From positions 1-64,000 of the IMG/VR virus record IMGVR_UViG_3300028653_000015: DNA of 64,000 bases. One strand, written 5' to 3'. The position numbers and the translations under genes are program-made. This DNA comes from a virus. Taxonomy: Duplodnaviria > Caudoviricetes. This document shows positions 9,302 to 18,060 of the stretch, piece by piece; position 1 is the first letter of the stretch; every line of letters starts with the position of its first letter. The notes below the pieces were generated by a model. That model had not been told where the DNA came from and made no database searches. It saw only the letters and a program-made list of their open reading frames with translations.

Positions 9302-9652
9302 ATGTTGAATGCTGGAGATCGTGTACGCTGCAAACGTTATGTGGAGCTCGGGTCAGGCAATGAGATCTTCCAAGCGGGAGACATTGTTTGGATCAAAGAG
9401 ATTGTATGCAACACGTTTGTACGTGTGTCCGGCACTGGTGACAAGCTTGGTTACATTGGTCTTGGACTGGTAGAGGACTTCGAACCTGCTCCGATCTCTG
9501 ACCGACCGGCCATCACTCTGGAGCAAGCCTACGGCCGATACTTTGGCAGACTGCCTGAGGAGTCCAGGAGAGAGCTGGCAGAACTCGACTCAACAAATCT
9601 GATGGACCTGGCCATGCATCTACAGCCGGAACTTGACTGTAAGATCGTTTGA
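9302..9652 (+). CDS. Hypothetical protein with SH3-like N-terminus (start ATG 9302)
   Basis: AAGGAG RBS; MLNAGDRVRCK...GDIVWI pattern. The upstream part of the 8999 ORF call is structured non-coding sequence. Confidence 0.55.
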   Translation: MLNAGDRVRCKRYVELGSGNEIFQAGDIVWIKEIVCNTFVRVSGTGDKLGYIGLGLVEDFEPAPISDRPAITLEQAYGRYFGRLPEESRRELAELDSTNLMDLAMHLQPELDCKIV

Positions 9653-9686
9653 TTCCGGACACAGGCGCTCGAAAGGGCGGACCTGT

Positions 9687-9728
9687 AGAGAAGCCACTCG
9701 CTAACTCCGACCGAGTTGGCTTCTCTTT
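9687..9728 (+). terminator. Terminator hairpin between convergent genes
   Basis: AGAGAAGCCA-CTCG ... CGAG-T-TGGCTTCTCT-TT, between ORF 9302 and the 3' end of the terminase gene. Confidence 0.55.
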
Positions 9729-9745
9729 AGGCCACAATTGCACCC

Positions 9746-12700
9746 TCAGAAGCTGTAATTCTCCATAAGGCCGCTGTCCTGCATAGGTGCAAAGATGTCT
9801 GGACGTGGTCTCTCTATGCAAGATGCCAACAAGCACAGAAGCATAGAGTGGAATGCATCATCCGTCTTTCCCGGCGGCTTCTTGTACTCGTTCATCCTGA
9901 GTCTCTCGTTGTGCTCGGTGAAGATGTTGAGGATGTCTGTACCATGTGGGTCCTGGTAGTCCTCCCACCTGGGCAAGTCTATCTTCTTTGCCTTCAGAGC
10001 ATTGAACCCATCGCTCATTACCTCTGTACGATGGCACATCCAGCGACGCAGGTTTGGCTCCCAATAGATCTTCTTTTTTTGCCTAGGATTGTACTGGTAC
10101 TTCATTACCTTGTTGGCGCCGAAACGCTTGATGAGCTTGTCGTTCTGATAGAAACCACCACCGTAGTCTACACCTATGATCTTAACGTGTACCTGAGACA
10201 ACATCTGCGTGAGTAGGTCCAGCTGCCGTTCTGGGTCTAGGTCTTGCCCAGTAAATCGATGACACCAGAAGATGGAGAAGTTGCCTGTGCCGAAGTATCC
10301 ACCAAATGAAACGTGAGTGAAGCTGGCGTTCTCTCCAGGACCCCAGTCCACTCCAGCATAGATGGACATACCCTGCGCTAGTCTACGAAAGGACTCTATG
10401 TCACCCAGTACGATCTCAGGCTTGCACACAGCCTGCAGTTGAGCTCGGGTGATTGGTCGTACACCGGAGTCATAGGACCTACCAAGCTTCTCATTCATGA
10501 ACTGGGAACGGGAGTATTGCTCTTGGGCTACTAGTACCTCTTCCCAGTCTACCCAGGGGACCATGATCTGAGGAATGCGGTATCCCTCGAAGGTAACCTT
10601 GTCCTTGTTGTCCTCCCGCATGGGGTTCATGGCAGCCCACTGTGCCATGGGATGCCGTGCGGTTATAGACTCCCCACACTTGTCACAGATGAGCCCCGTA
10701 GACCCTATGTTCTTCTCCGTTAGAACATTCCAATGCCAGGTACTCGAGTCACTGGGTAACCCATGCCGCTCACAGGGTACTACCCACTCGTTCTGTGAGG
10801 AGAACTCAGACCAGTAGAATTCTATGGTGTTATCTACTGACTTGGGTGTGCCTGAGTACAAGAATAGCTTGTAGCTAGAGTGGAAGGCACACTGCTCGAT
10901 GACTGGGATGTTATCGATCAAAACGTCTTGAAGCTCGTCGATCAGTACCATGTCTGCAGGAATACCACGAACACGGTCTGCAGTTAGATACGCATAACGA
11001 AGTCTGATCTGAGAGTAGTTGATAAACTTCTTGAAGAAGACAGCCTGGTTGATCTTAGCTGAGGTGTAGGACCTCAGCATGGGGGACGCATCTATGACAT
11101 CCTTGATGCGGTCATTGGAAAAGACCTTCGCCTGTTCCGCTGAAGGAGCTACGTACAGGGACCTGAAGTTGTTGGTGAGGGCTGAGTAGCAGAGCAGCCG
11201 GTTGCCCAGTGTAGTCGAGTTGTGTGTGATGAGTCCATCTACCACGAAGCTGTCAGTACCATCCACAGTGATGTCATAACAATCCTGCTCTCCCACCTCT
11301 TCGATACTCACTATCTCATCCCAGTACAAATCCGTGCTCAGGTGTTGAGCAAGGGCAGATGTTTTATCTTGATCAAATCTTGTGTCTGATCTGAAGAAGT
11401 CTACATACTGTTCAAGTTTGTCATGACTCAACAAGTACTTAGGTTTCTCCCTAAGTCCGGCAGATCTTAGGGATGGTTGTGGTACGTAGGGCCCGCTGCG
11501 GAAGCCGTTTCTAGACCTGTGTATGATAGCTATATCCTCCACAATACCAGCCGGGTACACATCCCTGTTGGAGTTAGTATCTACGTCGATGATTGGAATG
11601 TCCTCTGTCTTTCCAAGAGCACCAATGTCTTCTATGAATCTGACAGCCCCAGCTTGTGTTTCTATCCGCAGCTTGTACGCCCACTTGTCAGTACCTTTGT
11701 ACAATGTGGGTTTCCATCTACGTGTACTGGAAGGAATGCCAAACTTCCATAGAAGACGCTGCACATCTTTGATCAAGTGCTCAGAAATAGAATCGTACTC
11801 CAGGTGGTACGATGAATCTTGCAAACTTGCATGGCCATCGCCGGCCCATAAACGATTGATGAATAGGGCTGTTTGTCTTTGATCTAATCCCCACACAAAG
11901 TCTGGTACATGCTTGTCTGCAGACAACTCTCCCCAGATACCACACTCCTTCACCAGTTTTAGTACGGCAGACTCTGCATTGAATCGAATACTCCACAGGC
12001 CAGGCTTTCTCTCATTGGGGCTATAGTCATCACCTGCAACCAACTCTAGAAACTCCTGCAAGACTGGCCCTTCGCCCTGAGTAAAGGTACACGTATCTTG
12101 CTCGGGCAAGTACCCTTCTGCAATCATGTACGCTGCTAAGATCACCTTTCTATCTGGCGGAGTAGAAGTACTTGTAAACTCCCCAGCTCTCCGAACTGCC
12201 GCAATATGCTCCTGCTCAGAGAGACCACCAGAGATTGACCAGCCACCCCAGGTGCGCATTGGATGGGTCAATGCCACCACCACAGTATGGCCCTGTCTAG
12301 TCTTGATCTTTACGCAAGTCTTTCTAAGTTTTGCAGACTTCCAAGTTACTGATCCTATTTGTGTATGCGCACCATCAGGAGACATGCCTACTACTTTGTC
12401 TCCTACACAAATCTTCTCTAGGGGTGTTACACCGCCGTCTTCCATAGAAATCATGCTTGCTGCGAGACAGCATTTCTCTACCTGCCGGCCGCAAAGCATG
12501 AGAACTTTGTTTGCAGGCGTATCATATATCTTACGCAGGTACTCACGACCGGTAAATGAGAAGTCACCTATCCTACCCGCTTCAGGAACTCGAATCGCCG
12601 TCTCTGCGAAGTCGGATGGAGATACACCAAGCATCTCTGTAGAGGTAAGAGCACTAGAGGGGTCTACTTCTTCAGGCTCCTCGTCTATACCAAAGTCTAC

Positions 12701-12826
12701 AGCCTCGCCACCCTCATCATAATCAAAGATAGGTTCGACTATTCCATGATCATCAAAACAGTATGAGAGTGGAATGGTGTGTGCAGATCTAAGAAGTTCA
12801 GCCTCTGCCAGTGTGATTGTGGCCAT
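9746..12826 (-). CDS. terL: Terminase large subunit with intein
   Basis: Spliced Walker A CGRQVEK|STT, Walker B VLIDELQD, YSGTP motif, nuclease acidic motifs AGVDWG / GVDYGGG / DDAFH, and a CERH...CDKC insert as in gpA-type terminases. Confidence 0.85.
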   Translation of the reverse strand: MATITLAEAELLRSAHTIPLSYCFDDHGIVEPIFDYDEGGEAVDFGIDEEPEEVDPSSALTSTEMLGVSPSDFAETAIRVPEAGRIGDFSFTGREYLRKIYDTPANKVLMLCGRQVEKCCLAASMISMEDGGVTPLEKICVGDKVVGMSPDGAHTQIGSVTWKSAKLRKTCVKIKTRQGHTVVVALTHPMRTWGGWSISGGLSEQEHIAAVRRAGEFTSTSTPPDRKVILAAYMIAEGYLPEQDTCTFTQGEGPVLQEFLELVAGDDYSPNERKPGLWSIRFNAESAVLKLVKECGIWGELSADKHVPDFVWGLDQRQTALFINRLWAGDGHASLQDSSYHLEYDSISEHLIKDVQRLLWKFGIPSSTRRWKPTLYKGTDKWAYKLRIETQAGAVRFIEDIGALGKTEDIPIIDVDTNSNRDVYPAGIVEDIAIIHRSRNGFRSGPYVPQPSLRSAGLREKPKYLLSHDKLEQYVDFFRSDTRFDQDKTSALAQHLSTDLYWDEIVSIEEVGEQDCYDITVDGTDSFVVDGLITHNSTTLGNRLLCYSALTNNFRSLYVAPSAEQAKVFSNDRIKDVIDASPMLRSYTSAKINQAVFFKKFINYSQIRLRYAYLTADRVRGIPADMVLIDELQDVLIDNIPVIEQCAFHSSYKLFLYSGTPKSVDNTIEFYWSEFSSQNEWVVPCERHGLPSDSSTWHWNVLTEKNIGSTGLICDKCGESITARHPMAQWAAMNPMREDNKDKVTFEGYRIPQIMVPWVDWEEVLVAQEQYSRSQFMNEKLGRSYDSGVRPITRAQLQAVCKPEIVLGDIESFRRLAQGMSIYAGVDWGPGENASFTHVSFGGYFGTGNFSIFWCHRFTGQDLDPERQLDLLTQMLSQVHVKIIGVDYGGGFYQNDKLIKRFGANKVMKYQYNPRQKKKIYWEPNLRRWMCHRTEVMSDGFNALKAKKIDLPRWEDYQDPHGTDILNIFTEHNERLRMNEYKKPPGKTDDAFHSMLLCLLASCIERPRPDIFAPMQDSGLMENYSF
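11219..12472 (-). mobile_element. Intein (418 aa) with LAGLIDADG homing endonuclease, inserted in the terminase Walker A
   Basis: Starts CCLAASMISMEDG; block B THPMRT; LAGLIDADG-like AAYMIAEGYL and INRLWAGDGH; LLWKFGI; ends YDITVDGTDSFVVDGLITHN followed by Ser. Confidence 0.9.
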
Positions 12827-12837
12827 GAATGCTCGTG

Positions 12838-12865
12838 AAAAATAGTTCGAAAGATCGGGTATAAG
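12838..12865 (+). promoter_or_regulatory. Phage-specific promoter motif, copy 3 (no protein gene follows)
   Basis: AAAAA-tagttcgaaagatc-GGGTATAAG, divergent from the terL start. Confidence 0.6.
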
Positions 12866-12871
12866 TACTTT

Positions 12872-13050
12872 GACAGGAATGGAAGATAGCCATCACACCA
12901 TTCTTCGCAGAACCCACTCGGTAAAAAAATAGAAACAACAACGAGTAAGGGATCTTAGCAATCATAACACGTGGTTGGTAGGGTGTGTAGGCAGGTGTTA
13001 CTGCTTGTGGTGGCCTTTACTCGTAAGCCTAGGCCGGCAGAGCCGGCCAA
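12872..13050 (+). ncRNA. Candidate structured small RNA (~180 nt)
   Basis: Follows promoter copy 3 in a 240-bp gap. Five consecutive hairpins with G-U pairs that work on the plus strand; no ORF with a good RBS. Confidence 0.4.
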
Positions 13051-13066
13051 CAATTACCCCACAATT

Positions 13067-13585
13067 TTAGCCAGCTACTGCTTGCCCCAACCTGTGCGCT
13101 ACATTGAGTACGAAAGCAGCTACATGCTCCGGACTTTGTACACCAAGTGGCATGGTCTCCATAGGCATTACCACTGACCAGCTGTCTACTTCCGATACGT
13201 ACTTCACACTGGACGGGGTGTCTCTGAATTGATCTGATATTGCAGCCATTAGGCATGCCTGCATACCAGGCCACCAAGGCGTCGCCTCTAGAGCATTGTT
13301 TGCCAGCTCTGCTATGGACTGCCTATCTTCAGCAGAGCAGCCACCATCCAACTTACTTGTGGCAGAATCGAATATGTGCTTTCGATCTGTGTGGTAGAGG
13401 TGATAGATCAACAAGCCATCTTTAGCCCCAAACTCCACAAATAGTTTGCCTATGGTACATTCTTTGAACTTCGGAATGGCGCTGGCAAGTGCCCCTGCAG
13501 TGCAAGGGGCAGTAGGTAGCGTACCTACTGCAGCACACTCATTCTCATCAGCTTTGAACGGTACAATCTCTAGTTTCTCAGCCAT
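13067..13585 (-). CDS. Hypothetical protein (start ATG 13585)
   Basis: GGAGG RBS before MAEKLEIVP; overlaps the upstream stop. Confidence 0.6.
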   Translation of the reverse strand: MAEKLEIVPFKADENECAAVGTLPTAPCTAGALASAIPKFKECTIGKLFVEFGAKDGLLIYHLYHTDRKHIFDSATSKLDGGCSAEDRQSIAELANNALEATPWWPGMQACLMAAISDQFRDTPSSVKYVSEVDSWSVVMPMETMPLGVQSPEHVAAFVLNVAHRLGQAVAG

Positions 13586-14486
13586 CAGCTTCCTCCAGTA
13601 ATCGGTCGGCCTCAGACAGCACATCAGTCCCACTACCAGACTGGCTGTAGTTTACACCAGCCACATCTTCGATAGCAGGAACTCTGTGATTGTCCTTCTT
13701 CATTCGGAACTTCTCGAAGGCATTCAGAACCTCACGCAGAGCCACGTCACTCTGGCGCATCTCGTCCTCAGCTGCCTTGATGACAGACATGTACTTACTC
13801 ATCATGTTGGCATGATCTAAAGATGCTGGCTCTCTTTCTATCTCCAACACCTTCAGGAATGCTACGTCACGCATACGGCGTGCTACAGCTCCAGTGTTGA
13901 TGTTGGAAGGAGGGCCCGACATCCCAGCCAACCAAGGCACAACCATGTCTGCTATGTCTGGTGATGCCTTCAGAGTAACGATACGGGAATAGGCCGCAGG
14001 CTTGTCATCCATGTACGCAACCCACTCCCCCATGGAGAGCAGCTTGCGATTCCAGAAGTAGTGGCCAAACGCCTCTACTCCTTCCACTGTCAGTTTGACT
14101 TTGTGATGCTCATTCAGTCTCCTGACTGTCTCCTCTATACGCAAGGGAGACAGCAGGAGCTGTTCAGTGCTTTCTCTTAGCCTTGGATTGCCTAGAATCT
14201 GGAAGGCTTCTTGAGCCCCCGCGCTGGGGTACCACAGGTCATGGATGCTGTGAGTACGTAGGTACTCTCTCGTAGCTAATTGCTCATCCTCAGTTCCCAG
14301 GTTGGGCGTTGGCGCCCAAGGCTCTGGAAAAGGAAGCATCTTTTCCTGTAGCTTCTCTATGTATCTACGATTGACAGAGTAGAGATTGTGATCTTCCAAC
14401 ACGTGGATAATAGTATCCACTGAGTGCTTCTGCTGACTGATCAAGAAGCAGATAAAGACCTCAGCTGGGGATCTGTTTATGTCCAC
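13578..14486 (-). CDS. Hypothetical helical protein (small terminase candidate by position only)
   Basis: 302-aa ORF, GTG start with AGGGGG RBS, two genes upstream of terL. Confidence 0.5.
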   Translation of the reverse strand: MDINRSPAEVFICFLISQQKHSVDTIIHVLEDHNLYSVNRRYIEKLQEKMLPFPEPWAPTPNLGTEDEQLATREYLRTHSIHDLWYPSAGAQEAFQILGNPRLRESTEQLLLSPLRIEETVRRLNEHHKVKLTVEGVEAFGHYFWNRKLLSMGEWVAYMDDKPAAYSRIVTLKASPDIADMVVPWLAGMSGPPSNINTGAVARRMRDVAFLKVLEIEREPASLDHANMMSKYMSVIKAAEDEMRQSDVALREVLNAFEKFRMKKDNHRVPAIEDVAGVNYSQSGSGTDVLSEADRLLEEADG

Positions 14487-14501
14487 GACAGCCCCCTAGA
14501 A

Positions 14502-16517
14502 CTATGCTTGTGGTAAGGCACCAAGTGTCTTCAGACCAGCAACCACCTTGTCTAGATGAACCATGGACCGTTGTAGAGCACCCTCATCCACGGAGTTGAG
14601 ACCCATACGTGTAGCCACTAGTAACTCTGCTAACTTCCGTATAACTGCCTCGAACTCTGGCACGTAGCTAGCAAAGATGGTGACGTTCTCTGGGTTGATG
14701 AACCCTACCGACAGTATCTTGTCTACTGATATCGGGTCCTCGAGCATGGCCGCTTCCTTGAGCAGGTAAGCCCGTAGGTTAGGTAGGCTCTTCAAGTAGT
14801 CAGCAGCTGCTGACTTGGCCTTCTGGAAGCAGTCCTTGAACAGCGTAACTGGTCTAGCAGAGAACCACATCTCCTGGCTTGCCTGCTTACGCATGCCTAC
14901 CAGGTCCTTCTCAAACTGTACCGGTTCTTGCCCTAGTACCGTGCCCAAGAAGACGGCACCATCCTTGTCCAAACACAAGGACTCCATGACACCTGCCAAC
15001 TTGTCTATGGCCTCCCCCTGGAATGTAAAGTTGATCCCACTGTCCGTTATTACCCGGACAGCAGTCGGCAGAGCTCTAGCCTCTGCCACCTTGGTGTACT
15101 CATCCGGAGACGAGGCCAAGTCAACTACTTCGTTGAAGGACAGGAATCCGCAGTCCTCAGGAATTCCGTAGTGTCCTTCCTCAATCACAGACACCTCCTT
15201 CAGACCAGGCACCTTGGTTATGATCAGCTGTTCACCAGTAACAGTGTCACACTTGAACCCAGTGCCCTCTGGGGTCTCAACAGTCGCATGAATGTTGACG
15301 GGTACAAATGCGATGGCACCCTCTGGAGTGGCGTAGTAGAAGGAGCCAAAACCCTCTGGGTCTGTGTCCAAAAGGTCTGTGTGCCGACCAAGTGGCACAC
15401 CAGCAATGTTCTCTTGCATTGCCGACTCGCTACCATTCGTAAACAGCGCCATCGGTAGAAGTGTGCCACTGAAGTCCATGACCTTCGGGAACACCCACCC
15501 TACTAGCTCTCGGTTCTCATCCTGTGTCTTCACCTTGTAGAGACCGAATTTGTTGACCACTTCGATCTGAAGATCAAGAAGAGTCTCTTTGACCACAGGT
15601 TGAGTAGTGATGGTCGTAGTGCCATCAGCCTCTACTCTGGACACCATGTCTCCACCCAGCGCACCTACTGCTGCTGGACGGGGAATGTCTTGAGAGTCTG
15701 GAATGAGTGCTTCTGAATTCGCAGTCTTGATCCTAAAGCCACCTTCGATCTTTTGAATTTGCATGACGTTGGGTATGATGGCTCCAGCTACCTTCCTCAG
15801 GTAGTCAGGTCCAGCAGCCTCCGCCAGGCTTGCACTACCCAGCTTGTGAAGGAACTCACCAACTACTGGGTTCTTCGTCACTTGTGCATACACAACAGAG
15901 TTGTCTGCACCCATCTTCTCGATAACGTCTGCAGCTTGTTCCTCTGTGATGGTGGGTAGAATGGCATCGAATAGGAATGGTAGCTGGGCGCTACTCTCCT
16001 TGCCCATACCGGCAGCACCTATGTCCGCCATCATAGGACCACGAGCACCGCCATACTGCCTGTGCGGTGGGTACAGCTGCTCAATCAAAGAGATGTCCCC
16101 AGGACGTTCACGAATAGCCTCGAACAGGTTGGGCCGGAACAGGGCCTTCTTCAACCGCTCATCCGTCAGGGGTTCTACCTTCCCATCGTACATCAGAACA
16201 TCCAGCGGCTTGAGCTTACCGTCCTGGATGATGACTGGAATCAGAGCCTTTTGTCTACCCTTCAACACCTCGGGAGTATCATCATCCCTAGGATTGATCG
16301 CCATCTTGTTGAGTAGTTCTATCTGACCAAGACCATACCTACGGTCTGCATCAATGGTGCGAAGCACGACCTTCGGCGCATAGTCACTGGCGTAGGGCAC
16401 CTGTCGATACAGTTCATCTAAGATCTGTTGAGGCCAGTCATTGGCATCTTCGCTCAAGCCTGCCTCCATGCCAGTCTTTTCGATCTGAATAGGCTCGTTG
16501 TCTAGAAACAGGTCCAT
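14502..16517 (-). CDS. Large virion/internal head protein, K-x-A rich (start ATG 16517)
   Basis: GAGGAG RBS before MDLFLDNEP; RKVAG, IKTAN, TKVAE, DKLAG, RKQAS, LKEAA, RKLAE. Confidence 0.6.
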   Translation of the reverse strand: MDLFLDNEPIQIEKTGMEAGLSEDANDWPQQILDELYRQVPYASDYAPKVVLRTIDADRRYGLGQIELLNKMAINPRDDDTPEVLKGRQKALIPVIIQDGKLKPLDVLMYDGKVEPLTDERLKKALFRPNLFEAIRERPGDISLIEQLYPPHRQYGGARGPMMADIGAAGMGKESSAQLPFLFDAILPTITEEQAADVIEKMGADNSVVYAQVTKNPVVGEFLHKLGSASLAEAAGPDYLRKVAGAIIPNVMQIQKIEGGFRIKTANSEALIPDSQDIPRPAAVGALGGDMVSRVEADGTTTITTQPVVKETLLDLQIEVVNKFGLYKVKTQDENRELVGWVFPKVMDFSGTLLPMALFTNGSESAMQENIAGVPLGRHTDLLDTDPEGFGSFYYATPEGAIAFVPVNIHATVETPEGTGFKCDTVTGEQLIITKVPGLKEVSVIEEGHYGIPEDCGFLSFNEVVDLASSPDEYTKVAEARALPTAVRVITDSGINFTFQGEAIDKLAGVMESLCLDKDGAVFLGTVLGQEPVQFEKDLVGMRKQASQEMWFSARPVTLFKDCFQKAKSAAADYLKSLPNLRAYLLKEAAMLEDPISVDKILSVGFINPENVTIFASYVPEFEAVIRKLAELLVATRMGLNSVDEGALQRSMVHLDKVVAGLKTLGALPQA

Positions 16518-16527
16518 GATGAACTCC

Positions 16528-16809
16528 TCACGTGATTTTTCCAGGTAGTGGTCCTGTAGGACCAGCAACCGTGACTATAGCTGCGGATAGTATCTGGTTA
16601 CATACTGCAGTGGCTACCGAGTCTGAGATCAGTCTTGCCAAAGTTGGGTCTAGTGTTACTGGTAGCATGCCCGTGACCGCTGACTTTACATCCACCGTCC
16701 CATCTGGTTTTGGTGTCTGCACAGGGGTCATCACAGGCTGCATGCCGATAGGCTTTGCTATCAGCAGAGTATAGATGGCGTCAGACATTGCGGAGGCAAC
16801 TAGTGGCAT
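16528..16809 (-). CDS. Small spike-associated protein
   Basis: 93 aa, directly downstream of the spike gene; helical core with a TVAGPTGPLPGKIT end. Confidence 0.45.
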   Translation of the reverse strand: MPLVASAMSDAIYTLLIAKPIGMQPVMTPVQTPKPDGTVDVKSAVTGMLPVTLDPTLARLISDSVATAVCNQILSAAIVTVAGPTGPLPGKIT

Positions 16810-16812
16810 GAT

Positions 16813-18057
16813 CTATTTAAGCATCACTTTCTTGGATAGAATGGACTGCAATGTTCCCGCCTGTATGGGTGGAGAGTACGGCACATGTGTGTGGGTAGCA
16901 AGCCACTCCAACAACTTTAACCCAAGAGTGCCCGGCTCGGAAGCGTCAGGACCACCTATTTTTGTGAGGGGAGCATCGATTACCTTGATCTTAGCCCAAG
17001 TCTCGGTACTTGCATCCGACCCAGTGATGTTATGTTCACCTGTGATGGTCTCAGTAACCTTACCCTGCACAGTTACTGAACGGTCTCCGGTTACCTGAAT
17101 GGTTTGGTCTCCTTCAACAGTCAGGGAATCGTTACCCTTCACCTCCACCGTACGATTGCCAGCCTGCATGGAGTAGGAGTGGCCATCCTTAGATATCCTC
17201 AGTACGTAAGTTGGGTCTCCCGACACCTGGCCACTTGCTGGATCTATGTTACTGGGTGCAATCACAACCTCTATGAATGTTTTGTCATCACTAGGTCCGC
17301 CAGGAGGCTTAGGTTCTGAATTCAAAGAACCTACGCTAACCTTGATGGAGGCATTCCTGTCTTGTGCAAACTCCCTGGCCAGTAGGGTGAACTCAGTGGG
17401 TGCATTGCCCCCAGGATCTTTCTCGACAGGATGAACTAGCCAAGACAAAGAACCGGCCGCTGTGTTGAGCTCGTAGTTCTCACAGAAGTCACGAATGTAA
17501 TTGGCAATAGGGACATAGGCACGCTGGCATACGTTCGTAGATCCTATATGAAGAACTCCACCCCTCTTCAAGATCAAAAAGTTCTCATCCCTACCCTGTA
17601 TCCATATGTCGCCTGGATTCATTACAGGACGACCAGCACGATAGCTGGCGTCTGTAGTCTTGGGTGTGGTAGTACCACCTGAGTTGGTGGTCTGAGCAGA
17701 AGGCATGTCATCAGGACTCTCTACATCCGGGTCCTGCGACTCCTGTTGCACATTTCCAGAGGCAGCCCCTACTATTTCTGGAGCTGTGATGAAGCCCATG
17801 ACAAAAGGAGACTCCTCATCAGAGGGCCAGCACAACACGCAAATTGCCCCCACCTCCGGGCAGAAGTTGTACCCCTCCCCATTGTTGTAGTGCAGGTAGG
17901 GCGACATCACCTGTACTCCAGCCATCTGTTTTCCGCTGTGCTGTGCAGTCCAATCCACCGTCATGTTCTGGACGTTTACGCTGGCTATTACACCGGTCTC
18001 GAACCTTGCTGTTCTGTTACCAGTTCTAGAAGCGGAGTTCTTAAAGGAAGCAGCCAT
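16813..18057 (-). CDS. Baseplate central spike (gp5/VgrG/GpV-like)
   Basis: N-terminal OB-fold pattern (PEVGAICVL..P...PFVMG), 8-residue beta-helix repeats TVEVKGNDSLTVEGDQTIQVTGDRSVTVQGKV, and a THTH apex motif. Confidence 0.75.
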   Translation of the reverse strand: MAASFKNSASRTGNRTARFETGVIASVNVQNMTVDWTAQHSGKQMAGVQVMSPYLHYNNGEGYNFCPEVGAICVLCWPSDEESPFVMGFITAPEIVGAASGNVQQESQDPDVESPDDMPSAQTTNSGGTTTPKTTDASYRAGRPVMNPGDIWIQGRDENFLILKRGGVLHIGSTNVCQRAYVPIANYIRDFCENYELNTAAGSLSWLVHPVEKDPGGNAPTEFTLLAREFAQDRNASIKVSVGSLNSEPKPPGGPSDDKTFIEVVIAPSNIDPASGQVSGDPTYVLRISKDGHSYSMQAGNRTVEVKGNDSLTVEGDQTIQVTGDRSVTVQGKVTETITGEHNITGSDASTETWAKIKVIDAPLTKIGGPDASEPGTLGLKLLEWLATHTHVPYSPPIQAGTLQSILSKKVMLK

Positions 18058-18060
18058 AGA

